This document shows, piece by piece, positions 63,416 to 64,000 of a stretch of 64,000 bases of DNA. Position 1 is the first letter of the stretch. Each line of letters opens with the position of its first letter. The notes beneath the pieces were generated by a model, which made no database searches, had not been told where the DNA came from, and was given only the letters and a program-made list of their open reading frames with translations. The position numbers and the translations under genes are program-made. Source of the DNA: Lepidodermella squamata (taxonomy: Eukaryota > Animalia > Gastrotricha); contig JBLDXI010000020.1 of assembly GCA_047495785.1 (NCBI GenBank), forward strand, positions 3,198,031-3,262,030. Direction: 5' to 3'.

Positions 63416-64000
63416 CCACCTGCCTTCTCTCTCGCAGAATAATACTATTTGGGTGGTGTCGTTCCTGATTTTTCGCTATTCGCAGTTCAGCCCTTTTCAC
63501 TCGGCATTCGTCGTCGAAAAAGTTACTTTCGTCACAGTTGGTCACCTTTGATTCGTAGATGGTTTTGACGTAAGTTGCCTGGTTGATCAAATAGTACAAA
63601 TCATTGCAGAGCGAATCGGTTGTATCATTTCGGATTGTCGAGTTCGATTTTTCCTTTATGACTGGGTCCGTCAGGCATAGATTAGCGAAGAGTTTCTTAT
63701 TCAAACATAGGCGGTGCCAGGTTTTGGGTTTTTCAAAAGAGCCGTCGTCATAGACTTCGCAGCGAAGGTCCGCCTTAATGGCATAGTGGTCTGAGAGATT
63801 CACTGAGATGTCTACTTTAAAATCTAAAACATTTTCGACTGAGTTCAGGTTGGCTAGGGCGTAGTCAATGACGGAACCTCCGGATTTGCTGTTTTTGTTT
63901 GGTTTTCTAGTTATATGCCCTGATTTGTCCGCATCTGACCGTCCATTCAACACGAAAAGGTCTAGGTTGTCGATAAAATCTATAAACTCGGAATAATTTT
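63318..64000 (-). CDS. ORF2 APE C-terminal part plus linker (partial)
   Basis: SVIDY, SDH, FFDDEC. Confidence 0.9.
   Translation of the reverse strand, partial: NYSEFIDFIDNLDLFVLNGRSDADKSGHITRKPNKNSKSGGSVIDYALANLNSVENVLDFKVDISVNLSDHYAIKADLRCEVYDDGSFEKPKTWHRLCLNKKLFANLCLTDPVIKEKSNSTIRNDTTDSLCNDLYYLINQATYVKTIYESKVTNCDESNFFDDECRVKRAELRIAKNQERHHPNSIILRERRQVVEKEYKKLLESKISEKDKVAWEKTDEFLIFFH

Larger units (their letters stand above)
62427..64000 (-). mobile_element. Non-LTR retrotransposon derivative, copy 2 (3' end intact; runs off the window)
   Basis: 3' UTR 62427-62704 with AATAAA, ending ...AAAATTGAA joined to TAGATGAAAGG of tRNA-Tyr. Confidence 0.93.

Noticed and set aside
1-64000. Whole array as an assembly artefact
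   Set aside because: Units carry distinct SNP/indel haplotypes, insertions with TSDs and unique junctions. Exact copy number still needs read validation.

Overview
Eukaryotic (animal-like) nuclear DNA, almost entirely a tandem array of a ~6.03-6.04 kb unit. Each unit carries 35 Pol III tRNA genes: 31 anticodons, 19 amino acids, no Met, no encoded CCA, oligo-T terminators, and one intron (in tRNA-Tyr). I resolve 13 complete or deleted units (A-M), roughly 340 tRNA gene copies by hand count. tRNA coordinates are given for reference unit C (8723-14752). The recurring short ORFs in the track are artefacts. The only real protein-coding DNA belongs to two near-identical copies of a non-LTR retrotransposon derivative (27086-29150 and 62427-end). 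Both abut the anticodon/intron of tRNA-Tyr, and together they imply an 11-bp TSD. The element has an ORF1 tail, an APE endonuclease and a C-terminal CCHC knuckle but no reverse transcriptase domain. Also present: a 60-bp TIR mini-element with an 8-bp TSD in tRNA-Asp that carries captured array DNA, a ~0.7-kb Harbinger-like fragment, deletions creating chimeric tRNAs, and defective Asn and Ser alleles spread over many units.
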